From Tetramitus jugosus (Eukaryota; Protista; Heterolobosea), in assembly GCA_937625935.1 (NCBI GenBank), contig OW569382.1:1-64000 (forward strand): a DNA stretch of 64,000 bases, read 5' to 3'. Under the pieces are notes generated by a model, which was given only the letters and a program-made list of their open reading frames with translations, was not told where the DNA came from and ran no database searches. Shown here in pieces: positions 10,399 to 20,960 of this stretch. The first letter of the stretch is position 1. Each line of letters opens with the position of its first letter. The position numbers and the translations under genes are program-made.

Positions 10399-11262
10399 TT
10401 ATTCGACAACTGTTGATGGATAGTAAGCGACTTCCAGAGCAAGTTCTCCTTCGAAAAAATTCAATGGTACATGCTTTGGCGGCATCTCAGTTGAGTCCTC
10501 GCCAATGTCGTCAACAGTGCGTTCACCAAGAGCATCTACAATAATATTTAACAAAGATATGGAGGATTCCTGTACAATACGATTCTTTGTTCTCGCACCT
10601 TCTTCATCATTAACCAATGGCACTACAATCGCATCTGGAAATCGACCTCTCACAGCTTTGTTAAACTTTTTGAACTCTACTTCTTCGTTCATTTGATTAA
10701 TGGCATGTTCCTTATCCCTCTCCAGTTTAATGTCTTTCAATTGGGGTGACTTATCCATCTTTGTAACAGCAAACAGAACAACACATTTCTGTTCTTGAGC
10801 TTCTTTCACAAAGGGTTCGTGATCATCCAATAACGCTGCAATAGGAGATCCGCTAATTGTCAGATAATCAACCACAAAGACCACGACATCAATCAGATAG
10901 TTAATGTTTCTTTCACTAGGTGTAGAGTCAGTCATTTTCTGACCATTCTTGAACTTTCCAGTCAGAATATGTCCATACTCTCCTTTTAGATAGTTTGCAT
11001 TCTTCTTAAAGCCCCAAACATCAACCAAAACAATGTTAGAGTTCTTAATCTCATAGTGTCGGTACTCTTGAGTTAATGTCTCATTCTGGGTCTTATCAGA
11101 TTCATTGCGAACAGCGCACCTTCGACTCACTTTTGTCCCTTCCTCACCGTTGGAGTCAATGTTGTTGATGAGCGAAGATTTGCCCATAGCTGAATCTCCA
11201 AAGAGGAGAACATACACTTTTTTCCTAAAGCTTGGTTTATAATTTTGATAGGGTTGTGCCAT
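10399..11262 (-). CDS. IFI44-like P-loop GTPase
   Basis: G1 GDSAMGKSS, LTQEYRHYEI, G3 LVDVWG, ILTG, IDVVVFVVD, G4 VTKMD; motif order matches the IFI44/IFI44L GTPase domain; first ATG 11262. Confidence 0.75.
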   Translation of the reverse strand: MAQPYQNYKPSFRKKVYVLLFGDSAMGKSSLINNIDSNGEEGTKVSRRCAVRNESDKTQNETLTQEYRHYEIKNSNIVLVDVWGFKKNANYLKGEYGHILTGKFKNGQKMTDSTPSERNINYLIDVVVFVVDYLTISGSPIAALLDDHEPFVKEAQEQKCVVLFAVTKMDKSPQLKDIKLERDKEHAINQMNEEVEFKKFNKAVRGRFPDAIVVPLVNDEEGARTKNRIVQESSISLLNIIVDALGERTVDDIGEDSTEMPPKHVPLNFFEGELALEVAYYPSTVVE

Positions 11263-11450
11263 TCTTATCGTGTTTTTTCTGTGATTTTTGTTGCCTGATG
11301 TGAAGGTTTTTGTTCTGGAGCGGGATATACTGTCAATCTGCAAGGGTTGTAATCTAGTTGTTGTAATATTATTCCGTTCATTGAACAACCGTCAGGGCTC
11401 TTTTTTCTTCTTGAAACAACAAGAACAAAACACCAACAAGAAACAACAAG

Positions 11451-12544
11451 ATGGATTTTTATCGACTCTTAACCATTTGTGGACTTAATTGGAGACTCTA
11501 TGCCTCAGCAGGATTCAATGATTGTAATGAACCTGTATGGAAGCTCCACTTGACCAATTACGAAAAAAAAGTCAAGTTTGAAGCCTTCGTTTTGTCTCGC
11601 GAGGATACTCCCGACATGAAGCAGCACTTGGAGAGTGTCTTCCATGAAAAATGTTCTCTGGTCTACGAGTTTCTGTCTCCCACAGTCACACAAAGTCGCG
11701 TCTCCTCAAAAGTATTCGATTCAACAACTCAGCAGGTCAATATATCAGTCCTATCAGGGATTCCATTTGTGTTCCAAAAGACTCCCTACAACCACCCGGA
11801 GGAGATGGCGATAGAGAGGCTCATTTTCATTCAAAAGAAACCAATAGAACTCCAAAATGAATTACTCAAAACTATTGATTCGTTGAAAGAGAAGATTGTT
11901 GTCTTGGAAAAAGAACTGGCGGAAACAAAAGCAACGTTAGTACCAAGTTCCATACTAGCTAACAATCAATCTTACATTGCCCATATTGGACGATGGCTTA
12001 AGCAATCAGGGTTTAGCAAAACTTCTCTGCTGTACAGAGCATCAACAAATGGATGGACCGCTCAAAATTTTCACTCAACATGTGATAACAGAGGTCCTAC
12101 TTTAACTATCATTCGTTCGTCTTTGAACTATATTTTTGGCGGCTTTACAACCCATCCATGGAATTCTTCTAACACCTATGCGTCAGGGAATGCCCACTCA
12201 TGGTTGTTTTCTCTGTTTAATGCAGCGGGATTGGGACCAATTCAATTACTCAACATCAATGCAAATTCTCAGCACAACCACTCAACTCAAGGACCGACCT
12301 TTGGGTCTGGACATGACTTTCGTATGTATATCTGACTTGCAACTAGTTTTGATCAAATTAGCTCACCATTTCTTTGTTAGATATCTCCAACGGATCAAAC
12401 ACAAACAACAGTAGCTACTCCAACTTGGGAAATTCTTATAGAACTCCGTTGGGTATCTATGGATCCGATGAAGCCAGAAATTTTCTGGCTGGAAGTTACA
12501 GTTTTACTGTTTCGGAAATTGAAGTGTTCCTTGTTCACAATTAA
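11451..12544 (+). CDS. TLDc-domain protein with coiled coil (2 exons, ~344 aa)
   Basis: LLYRASTNGW..FHSTCDNRGPTLTII..IFGGFT..W..GPTFGSGHDF; intron 12322-12380 (GTATGT...TTAG) restores the C-terminus ...FLAGSYSFTVSEIEVFLVHN* with TAA at 12542-12544. Confidence 0.9.
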
Positions 12545-14260
12545 GGTTCCTAAAGAGAGCGGGGCTCGTATAAATGAAAACTTGCTGGACAGAAAACACG
12601 AAAAATCATCAAATAAAGACCCTGTATCATCAAATTATCACCCAACAACACAATAAATCAAACAACATTATGCCTCGTGGTGTGCCTAAAAATGGCAAGA
12701 GGAAGAGAAAGACCCTAGAAAAGGAGAAATACTCGTCACACTCTGTCACACTCGAGCAAAGGTTAAGAAAGTATCTGAGAGTAAGAATGAACGAACTACA
12801 CAAAAACTCATCTATTCCAAAGTCTGAATACAGAAGAGTTGTGGAATATCATCAAAAGGTTAACATTCACTGCTCCAGTTTATGATTTTATCAAACTTCC
12901 ACCCAAGGAGTTGATTGAGATCATTCCTGTGTTGACTCAAGAGATTCGAACACTTGTTGGTGTTGAAACTGACAAGATAATGAATCTTTTGTGGAGAACA
13001 ACACCAACAACATGCTGAAATTTTACTGGCATGTTCAACGATTTGTCATTAACAATAACGAAATTATTTGCACTGCTTCCTTTGTCTCACTTCAAATGCA
13101 GGTGCATGGAAATTGGCACAGAAGAATTGGTTAAGATGCTCCAACGGGCAACGTATCCAAATAGAAGAAAGAACGAAATTCGGGAACCGATAGAATTCAG
13201 ATACAACCTCAAGCGCTTGCACATTGGTGAAAAGAAAATCCAAATAGACTCGATCAGAACTGACGGCATTCAGGTCTCTGTTGTTCTCAGACATAAACTT
13301 GTTGGAAAACACAAAAACAATAAGGCAAAGGAATCCAAGGGCCAAAAAGAAGCAAAGAAGAGCACAAAGAAACAACCGCCATGATTGGTATTGACCCTGG
13401 TATTGTTACATTGTTGAGTTGTGCTGATTCAGATGGCAAGAAGTGGGAGTTCTCTAACAAGACATACAGACATCTGTCACATCATTCAAAAAACTAAGTT
13501 GTTGAACACAAAGCAGAATGGAACAGAAAGAATGGAAAAGATTTAGATGAACTCCACAACTCGATCAAACAAGCCAGTGTATCGACAAGTGATCCATTCC
13601 TCGAACACATTGATTCTGTGATGAAGGTTGAGGATGATTTGTTGGATTTTTATTGCAGCCCAAAGGTGAAGAGACCGAACTGGGACAGCTATATCATGAG
13701 AGACAAAACAATCGCTAACGTTATGAATGATCTTCACAAGAGAGCAAATGGAAGAAAGATGATCATAGGGATGGGCAATGCCGGTTTCAAAAGTTATTTC
13801 AAAGGACACGCTCCAACACCAAAGGACAAATTGCTGAAAAAATTGAATGAACGATTTGACGTGAAGGTGATTGACGAGTTTATGACCAGTCAGACTTGTT
13901 GTGCATGCCATTTTCAGCTCAAGCCAGTGAAGCATAAGAGGCCAGACAAGAATGGAGTATCGGCAATATCTATTGTACGAGGAGTTAAACAGTGTGCAAC
14001 CACTAAATGTTTAGTCACTCACAATAGAGACCTCAACTTGCTTTGTCTTTTGAGAACAGAAATCAATGGACAACCACGGCCAGTTGTCTTCAAGAGGAAG
14101 ACAAGGGTCGCAAAACAATTGAATCGAATGGTGGAACACCTCCAAGGCTCATTCTATCATATAAATCCCAATTATATAGTAGCGTTAAGGTCAGGGAAGG
14201 GCGGTATTTTGGGAACCATATTTTTTATTGTGGACGGATGGGAGTAGACCGCCACCTTAA
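12541..14260 (+). mobile_element. Non-autonomous Fanzor1-carrying element flanked by TTAA
   Basis: TTAA at 12541-12544 and 14257-14260; element ends GGT...ACC; interior is a Fanzor ORF plus a structured 3' end; removal leaves a 40 bp spacer between two convergent stop codons. Confidence 0.8.
12670..14247 (+). pseudogene. Fanzor1 (TnpB-like RNA-guided RuvC nuclease), disrupted
   Basis: Basic N-terminus MPRGVPKNGKRKRK; FALLP..F and IRTDGIQVSV motifs; RuvC-I IGIDPG (13384-13401); GHAPTP; RuvC-II VIDEFMTS (E at 13876); zinc finger CCAC...CATTKC; RuvC-III NRDLN (14023-14037); RPVVFKR. Frameshifts upstream of RuvC-I and a nonsense TAA at 13495-13497. Confidence 0.88.
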
Positions 14261-14280
14261 GTTAGATAAAGCATCAATAT
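14100..14280 (+). ncRNA. Candidate Fanzor omegaRNA scaffold plus flank-derived guide
   Basis: TTAAGGT (14185-14191) pairs with ACCTTAA (14254-14260); GGCGGT (14200-14205) pairs with ACCGCC (14248-14253); TCCCA (14166-14170) can pair with TGGGA (14210 or 14239). Located at the element right end as in TnpB/Fanzor systems; 5' boundary uncertain. Confidence 0.55.
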
Positions 14281-14300
14281 CAAGTAGCAACAAAAATTCA

Positions 14301-15512
14301 TTAGGTAGCAATTGATTGCAGAAGTTCCTCTAGTAACTTTAGTTGCTCCTCATTCTTCTCCTGATACTGCATATCGATACACATCATATCTGCTTCACTC
14401 TTAAACACAGCAAGATAAATAACCCGTTTTTTCTCTCTGGGTTGCTCTAAGTGGACGCCTGACGGAAACTCTTGTTTTTGCAAGTTCCAATACTCCCATT
14501 CAGCTCCCTGTCGTACCCTGAGATTCACCAACACCATATGTATCACACTATTAGTTGAGGAGTGAGCCCTCAAATTGGCTACAATTTCGCTGTAGTCAAA
14601 TAAATTGGGAGCTCCGACAACTAAACTAATATGCAAAACAGCATTTGACGGTGAGCCCTCTTGCGTATGGATATCTGGATACTTGTTAATATGAGATTCT
14701 ATTCCCAATCGCTTCATTCGCTCCGTTAGTACTTCACCAAAAGAGTTGTCCAAATATCTAAAATTCACAATATCCAAGGTGATCTTTTTCTGCTGTTGAT
14801 TCTTAGGGTACACCACCGAAGAAGAGTTCCACCGACTAATATGAGAGGAGTGCTCAAGATTCAGCTGATGAGCTCCATTGGAAGAAAAGAATTGATTTCT
14901 ATCTCTTGAAAAGTTGGTATGGATATCCCTTTGAGTAGTGGTACTGTGATTGATGAAAGGACCCAAGGATTGTACTGTAACTACCCTTTCTTCACTCTGA
15001 ATCGAACCGCTCTTGATCGTGTAACTGAATGTTCTTTGTTCTTGAATATCAAAATCTTGATATCCAGCTTCAGCAACCAGTGCTATCCATTTTCCGTCTC
15101 GAAACACATTGAAGACAAGTTTGGAGGTATCTCTCCCTGCCAAAGAGTAATCCCATACCAATTCAACCATGTTACCAACCAAAGAAGCACGGAAGTTCGA
15201 GAAACGACTGGATGAATACCAGAAACTGGAACAGGGAATTATGGTTCCAACCCTTTTCTGTACCGCGTTATTCTTTGGTGGCTGAGGCACAATCGATGCT
15301 CTGCCATATTTTTGTTCGAAAAGCGATTGAAAGTGGGAATACGATTGAACCAGATCTCTGTCAAGTTCTTTGACTTGTTCGCGTTGAGCCCAGTGAGGAT
15401 TTATGTTCGTGAGTTCACGCAGTAATGTGATGGTTTGGATGGCATCACTTTTCCTATTGACATGTGTTAGAGCACGGAAACAAAAACATGATGATACAGG
15501 AACACAAACCAT
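14301..15512 (-). CDS. Hypothetical protein with a fibronectin type III-like segment
   Basis: 403 aa ORF; VELVWDY...FNVFRDGKWIA...YQD....TFSYTIKS resembles FN3. Confidence 0.6.
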   Translation of the reverse strand: MVCVPVSSCFCFRALTHVNRKSDAIQTITLLRELTNINPHWAQREQVKELDRDLVQSYSHFQSLFEQKYGRASIVPQPPKNNAVQKRVGTIIPCSSFWYSSSRFSNFRASLVGNMVELVWDYSLAGRDTSKLVFNVFRDGKWIALVAEAGYQDFDIQEQRTFSYTIKSGSIQSEERVVTVQSLGPFINHSTTTQRDIHTNFSRDRNQFFSSNGAHQLNLEHSSHISRWNSSSVVYPKNQQQKKITLDIVNFRYLDNSFGEVLTERMKRLGIESHINKYPDIHTQEGSPSNAVLHISLVVGAPNLFDYSEIVANLRAHSSTNSVIHMVLVNLRVRQGAEWEYWNLQKQEFPSGVHLEQPREKKRVIYLAVFKSEADMMCIDMQYQEKNEEQLKLLEELLQSIAT

Positions 15513-15806
15513 GAACCATCATTGTTTTGCAATGATCGAAGGAGGTGCAATAGAGTTGGGTTGTTTAATTCAGAAACAAGGTTTTCGATTGAATTGAGGT
15601 CGTACATCTGTTTTTTTTGGGTTTTTTGATTACATATTTTGTAAAGCTGACTCGGACAAATGTCAAGGAAAAAGAGCCAAACTCCGCCAAAACTTGTATT
15701 TTGGAGGCTTTGATTTGATCTTATCTCGATGTTTTATCAAAACAACCTACTATCTACTGATAGCAATAGCTCCATGAAAATAAACTTAAGGGATGATGAG
15801 TAAGCA

Positions 15807-16889
15807 TCAGTTTATTTTAGAGTACGACTCGTGTGATTCTTGTTGAACCTCCTGCTTTTCATTTCCAAGCTGATTCAGTCCCAAAATTAGAATACTGCCA
15901 TGGAAGATAATGAGAAATTCTGATCCAACAAGAATCCAACTGATACCCGTGTATTTATCTGGAATTATCTGCTTGAACCAGAAAATACTCGCAGTGATAA
16001 TTGTAATCAAATGGGATACAGACATGCCAGTGATGCATGTAATAAATGCAATGGTAGAGAAAAGCCTTGGTTGGTGGCTGCCCTTCAATGCAAATATCAT
16101 GAGACCTGCGAGTGTGGCAAGAAGTCCAAATCCTCCACCTACCATACCCATTGCACAGGTAGCATGATGTAATTTGAGAGTGGGCCCGAGTAATTGTGGG
16201 ATCAATATCATGGCTTGATTCATTAAACGGATTCGTGTGCCTCCAATAACGAAGCAGTTGATACCAAATACGAACAGTATGAAACACACAAACAGCAATA
16301 AATAATCTGAAGTCGTAATAGGAGCTGGTCCGGTTCCATGAGTGGTGCCTGGGGATGTCTGATGAACTTTCTCGTGAAGATTCGTTTGTGGGTCTAAAGC
16401 GGCAGTAGTTTTCTCTCCAGGAGTTAGATTCAACTTGTATCTCCTTAGTTCCCCTTCTAACTTTACAACTGCATTCTGGATACTCGTGATTGCAATATGT
16501 TCATCAGTCAACTTCTGAGAGAATTGATTCACTATATCTAACTTTCTACTTTTGATCTTGATCAGTTGACGTTGGATAAAATCAATATTCTTGTGTTGGA
16601 GTGCCCCAAAAGTTTTGTTCAGCTCTTCAATGTAGGCATCTTGTAACTCATTTCTTTCCTGAAAATCCATCAACCCTGCATTCATTAGGGAAATTGCTTT
16701 CAACACATGTTTCTGTTGTTGGTCTTGGTCCTCCGCTGCAAATGTTGTCTTTTGCAGTTCAAGGAGAAACTCTTTTTCAACTTCGCTCTTGAGTTTTGCA
16801 AGTGTCCTGTTGTATGCTTCAGTACCAACAACATCAATTTCCATAGCGCTGTTAAAAACAGTGCCTGTTTGCTGAACGAAGTGTGCCAT
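15807..16889 (-). CDS. Hypothetical membrane protein (N-terminal coiled coil, ~4 TM helices)
   Basis: 360 aa ORF, charged helical N-half and four hydrophobic segments in the C-half. Confidence 0.7.
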   Translation of the reverse strand: MAHFVQQTGTVFNSAMEIDVVGTEAYNRTLAKLKSEVEKEFLLELQKTTFAAEDQDQQQKHVLKAISLMNAGLMDFQERNELQDAYIEELNKTFGALQHKNIDFIQRQLIKIKSRKLDIVNQFSQKLTDEHIAITSIQNAVVKLEGELRRYKLNLTPGEKTTAALDPQTNLHEKVHQTSPGTTHGTGPAPITTSDYLLLFVCFILFVFGINCFVIGGTRIRLMNQAMILIPQLLGPTLKLHHATCAMGMVGGGFGLLATLAGLMIFALKGSHQPRLFSTIAFITCITGMSVSHLITIITASIFWFKQIIPDKYTGISWILVGSEFLIIFHGSILILGLNQLGNEKQEVQQESHESYSKIN

Positions 16890-17333
16890 TGTCTGTGTAA
16901 TTAATTTATGAGCTGGGGTTGTGTGATTTTAGTGAGCTCGAGGTTAAATCTCCGAAAGAAAGTTTTCACTTCAAAAGTTCATTGAAAGTTCAATCCAAGT
17001 CAACTCAACAACTGATAATTAGGAAACAACCAGACTCACATGTGACAACAAACATCCATAACAAATATTCGTTCCTCCAACAAGTGGTGGTTTTGCCCTG
17101 CATCCATGGTCCTATTCAATTGAACTCAAATTGTTGTCAGATCAAATCTATCCATCAACTTTCAATCTAGAGACACTTATCATTTTTCTTTGTGTCTCTT
17201 GGTCGGATGGATTCCCTCGAAACGTTATCTAAATATCCCGAAGCGATTCGTAACTCAACACAGCGTTGGCCATCAATTTATCAGGATTGCTGCAAACACC
17301 CAGCAGTTAGAAACAACACACAACACAACCAAA

Positions 17334-18620
17334 ATGTTGATCCACAGAGAGTCATTGTTTGACAAGCTTTATACCAATTCCGTGGTTCCACACGATTGGT
17401 CAATCATCGTCAAGAAGCCCATGAGCAGAGAAACAAGAACCTTTTTTGTACATCAAATCGTTCTGGCAGTCTCTAGTGCCATGTTCTCCACAATTTTCCA
17501 GAACAAGGCATTTTCTGTGGAGCACAGCGAGAGAAGCACGACACTTGAATTGGAAGAGTATGAATGGCAAGTGTTCGAAAAAATTTTCATCAAGTTCATG
17601 TACTACTCGGATTTCACTATTGAAGATGGAAAGGAACTTGCTTGTACTCTAGTCATGAGTCGATATTGTCAAATGAGTGAACTGGAGAACTATTGTGTGG
17701 ACTGCAAGGATCATTTTAAGGAAGAAGACGAATTCAGTTACTACATGACACTCTTCGACCATCCTACTCTTTGTATGGATGAAGAGACGAGAAACAGAAC
17801 AATTGACTACGTGTTACAAAACTTTTCCACTCTTCATCAATCAACCGATATGTATTCCTTCCCTAGTGACCTCGTTGTTGATCTCATGTACTCTAATCAA
17901 TTGATTGTCAAGAACGAGGATGAAGTATTCCACTTTATAAACAAGTACATACAAGAGAAAAAGTTGAATGATGAGACGGTGGAGAAACTGTGGGGAGCAG
18001 TGAGAGTCAATTGTTTGAGCCCACAGATTCTTGAAAAACTTTCATCTATTCAGACTGTGAGTGACAACCTTGTGAGAAAGATGTTCAACGATATTGTAAG
18101 ATACAAAACTCTACTGATGACCCCAGGAATAAAAAGTGAAGAAGATCGAATGATATGCGCAAGAAGCTTGGAGTGGACATTCAATCCTGATCGCAAGCAC
18201 CAGGGAATTATCTTGTCCAACAACAATCGAACAGTAGGAATGAGCCTCCCCAATCAGCATGCTTCGGTGATTGGAACTCGAGCTTTCACCACAGGTGTCC
18301 ATGAATGGAATGTTACAATTCAAGGAACCAATAGTCACTGGGTTGGTATCGGAGTTTGCGAAGAAAAGCATCTTTCACTCATGAATGATTTCTCTCACTT
18401 CTGGGGATGCAGTAGTGCCACACAACATTACAAAACATCAGGACCTCTAGCAAGATTTCTTGTTGGAGATATAATCAATGTCAGGTTAGATTGCGACCGA
18501 GGTGTCCTAAATGTTTCGGGGCGAGGAACAAATATATGTGCTTCTGGTCTACAAAAACTCGTTCTGTACCCCATCATCAACCTAACAAACTCTGCTAACC
18601 AGGTAACGATTTCTTGTTGA
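17334..18620 (+). CDS. BTB/POZ-BACK-SPRY domain protein
   Basis: FFVHQIVLAVSSAMFSTIF and KFMYYS (BTB), EDEVF..AVRVNCLS (BACK), LSNNNRTV..GVHEWNV..WVGIGV..GDIINVRLDCD..LYPII (SPRY). Confidence 0.85.
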   Translation: MLIHRESLFDKLYTNSVVPHDWSIIVKKPMSRETRTFFVHQIVLAVSSAMFSTIFQNKAFSVEHSERSTTLELEEYEWQVFEKIFIKFMYYSDFTIEDGKELACTLVMSRYCQMSELENYCVDCKDHFKEEDEFSYYMTLFDHPTLCMDEETRNRTIDYVLQNFSTLHQSTDMYSFPSDLVVDLMYSNQLIVKNEDEVFHFINKYIQEKKLNDETVEKLWGAVRVNCLSPQILEKLSSIQTVSDNLVRKMFNDIVRYKTLLMTPGIKSEEDRMICARSLEWTFNPDRKHQGIILSNNNRTVGMSLPNQHASVIGTRAFTTGVHEWNVTIQGTNSHWVGIGVCEEKHLSLMNDFSHFWGCSSATQHYKTSGPLARFLVGDIINVRLDCDRGVLNVSGRGTNICASGLQKLVLYPIINLTNSANQVTISC

Positions 18621-18774
18621 CAAATACACGAAAAGTTTTGAATAAAACAACAGAACTTCTTCGACCAAAGAATAGCAAGCTTCACACCCAGGAACTTAGT
18701 ACATTGCTTCTTGAATCTTGCACGAAACTCCAGTCTTCGCTTCATTTCAATTCGTTCAGAACGAAAAACTAAAT

Positions 18775-20739
18775 TTATTCTTCACTCGGAAGTTGATGCC
18801 TACTCAGTTTCGCTATTTTGCTCACAGAGTGCACATACTCAGTATTCACCAACTTGTCACGCAGTTTCTTCATGGAGAGAGAACTAGTAGTTATATCTTC
18901 ATATACTTGTCGTGCAACTTTGTGCTTGGCCTGTGTATAACTCTCAGAAAACGCACGATCAATCAAATGATCGTTCACATAAAGTCCAACACAGATCAAT
19001 TTGTACTTGTCCGGATATTCAATCAATGCGTGCATTTGTTCATCCTTGTCATCTTCTGAAGTCAATCCAGCAATGACATTTGCCTTGTACACACTTCTAT
19101 CCATCTCTCTCTGCATATCCACCTCGCGCAGCAACTTTTCCCTTCGCTTGCTGTAAAGAGCTTCAGACATTTGTAATTCGGAACGTACATCAATATATCT
19201 GTATTCTGGCTCATACTTTGTCTGTTGCAACAAAAACTTCTTTAAAATATTTGGATAATGAGTAAAATCCTTTGATTCACTGCTCTCCTGCACATTGTTG
19301 ATCGCCAACGGCACAATCTTTGAGTTAAATAACTGCCACGTCTTATCCATACCGTGGTGCATATAATAGACACCCAATAGTGATCTTAGCACATTGGAAT
19401 GAGCCGCTATTTCCAGTTGTTCTGCACTCTTTTCCTCTGAAATACCATGGAAATGATCTGGATCGTACACTTGTGCAAATGGAACAAAACGAACAAACAC
19501 ATCCATTCCTAAATCCTTCAAAATTTGCTTCAGAGTTGCGAGATTTCTCAATGGTTTTTCAATCGACAATATTTCTTGTTTCGTGAGTGGAATATGAGGC
19601 AAATCTGTAAGAGCAGGCAACACTTGATTCTCCTTGACTTCGACAAGAGAAGTCACGTTTGCTTCCAAGAGTAAATTAGTAACGTTTCCATCTTGTTGCG
19701 GTAATCTCGTTTCCGCCACAGAAAATCTCATTACATAATCTCTCACCAAACTGTCCAACAATGAAGTTCCAAAAGTTTTCAACTCCTACATACAACAATT
19801 TTTTCAAATAATGAACACCAATGAACAAATTGTCAACATCACCAAATACTAACAAAAAAGAAGAAGCAGCAAATATGACTTCACACACGTACAATATTAG
19901 AGAAATGCTTGATGGCATTTGGTGAAATATCTCTTACTGCATTCACCAAGAAACTAGGATCAATCAGCGCTTGAACAAATCTCTGTAGTTCATTGGATTG
20001 CCCAGCACCATTCTCTAAAAATCCATTCTTTTCCAACGTGCTCTGAAAATTGCTCAAAAAGCTTTCATCTGTGATTAAGCTCTGCTTGGAAAACATGTAC
20101 AAGTATCGATCAATAAAAAGCTTCTCTTTGATCACGTCTTTTCCTTGTTGTTCAGCTATTTGTTGTAGGTTGCTACTCTCTGTACCAAATTTTCGAAGCG
20201 CCTTCAACACATCACCCATAACTATACACAATCAACAAAAAACAAACAAAAAAATTTTGTTCGCTTAACAACCCAAAAAAACAACAACAATAAGAAGAAG
20301 AAGAAGACAACAATCACTTACTCTCCGTATGAATGACTCGTTTCGCAGTTGCCAAATTATCAAACTCGACAATCAATTTTTGAATACGTGTTCTATCCGT
20401 TTCTTGCAACTGCTGTAAAAACTCTTGCTTCTTTGGTGTGTCATCCACACGTGGATCATACTGTAAATGAATGATATTTTTAGTTTTTGGTGATGGTTTA
20501 CGAAGTTTGTTGTTGCTATTGTAGATGGACTTCTTTTTGGCATAGTAGTGAGAAGCAGTCGTGTGATAGGAAGCGAGAGAACAAATGACACATGATGATG
20601 ATTGAGAATGATGATGATGATGAGTGGAACATGATGTTGATGATGATGATGTTTGGTTGTGAACGAGTGAAAAGAGAGAGGTGAGTCCTCTGGTTATTGT
20701 TGTTGTTGTTGTTGGTATTCGACTCTTGGTGACTAGCAT
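18775..20739 (-). CDS. MRPL44: Mitochondrial ribosomal protein mL44-like (degenerate RNase III plus dsRBD), 3 exons
   Basis: Introns 20222-20321 and 19786-19892 (GT-AG) join three ORFs; presequence-like N-terminus; SNIELKTFGTS (non-catalytic RNase III signature); dsRBD-like VGLYVNDHLI...AKHKVARQV. Confidence 0.65.
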
Positions 20740-20960
20740 TTTTCTTGTCGTCAAATATGAAAATCAAAGTTTGTGTTTTGTTGAATGTTTGAGTGAAAAA
20801 TTGAAGTTTTTGTTTGGCGGTAAAATTCGCGAATTTTCATAATTCTGCGACTTTCACTCACGAAATTGAGAGTGCCATTGTAAGATGCTTCTCTCTCCAG
20901 TCACAAGAGCAACAACAACATCCATTCTCAAACAACAACAACAACAACAATAATAAAAAA

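Noticed and set aside
12670-14247. Fanzor or YR stops explained by stop-codon reassignment or introns
   Set aside because: TAA, TAG and TGA all terminate conserved genes in this window, and the frameshifts lack convincing GT-AG intron signals; simple decay is more likely.
12541-14260. piggyBac transposon because of TTAA
   Set aside because: No DDD transposase, no long TIRs, and ends are GGT...ACC rather than CC(C/T)...(A/G)GG.
18775-20739. Dicer/Drosha-like RNase III
   Set aside because: Catalytic ERLEFLGD signature is absent and there is a presequence-like N-terminus; fits mL44.
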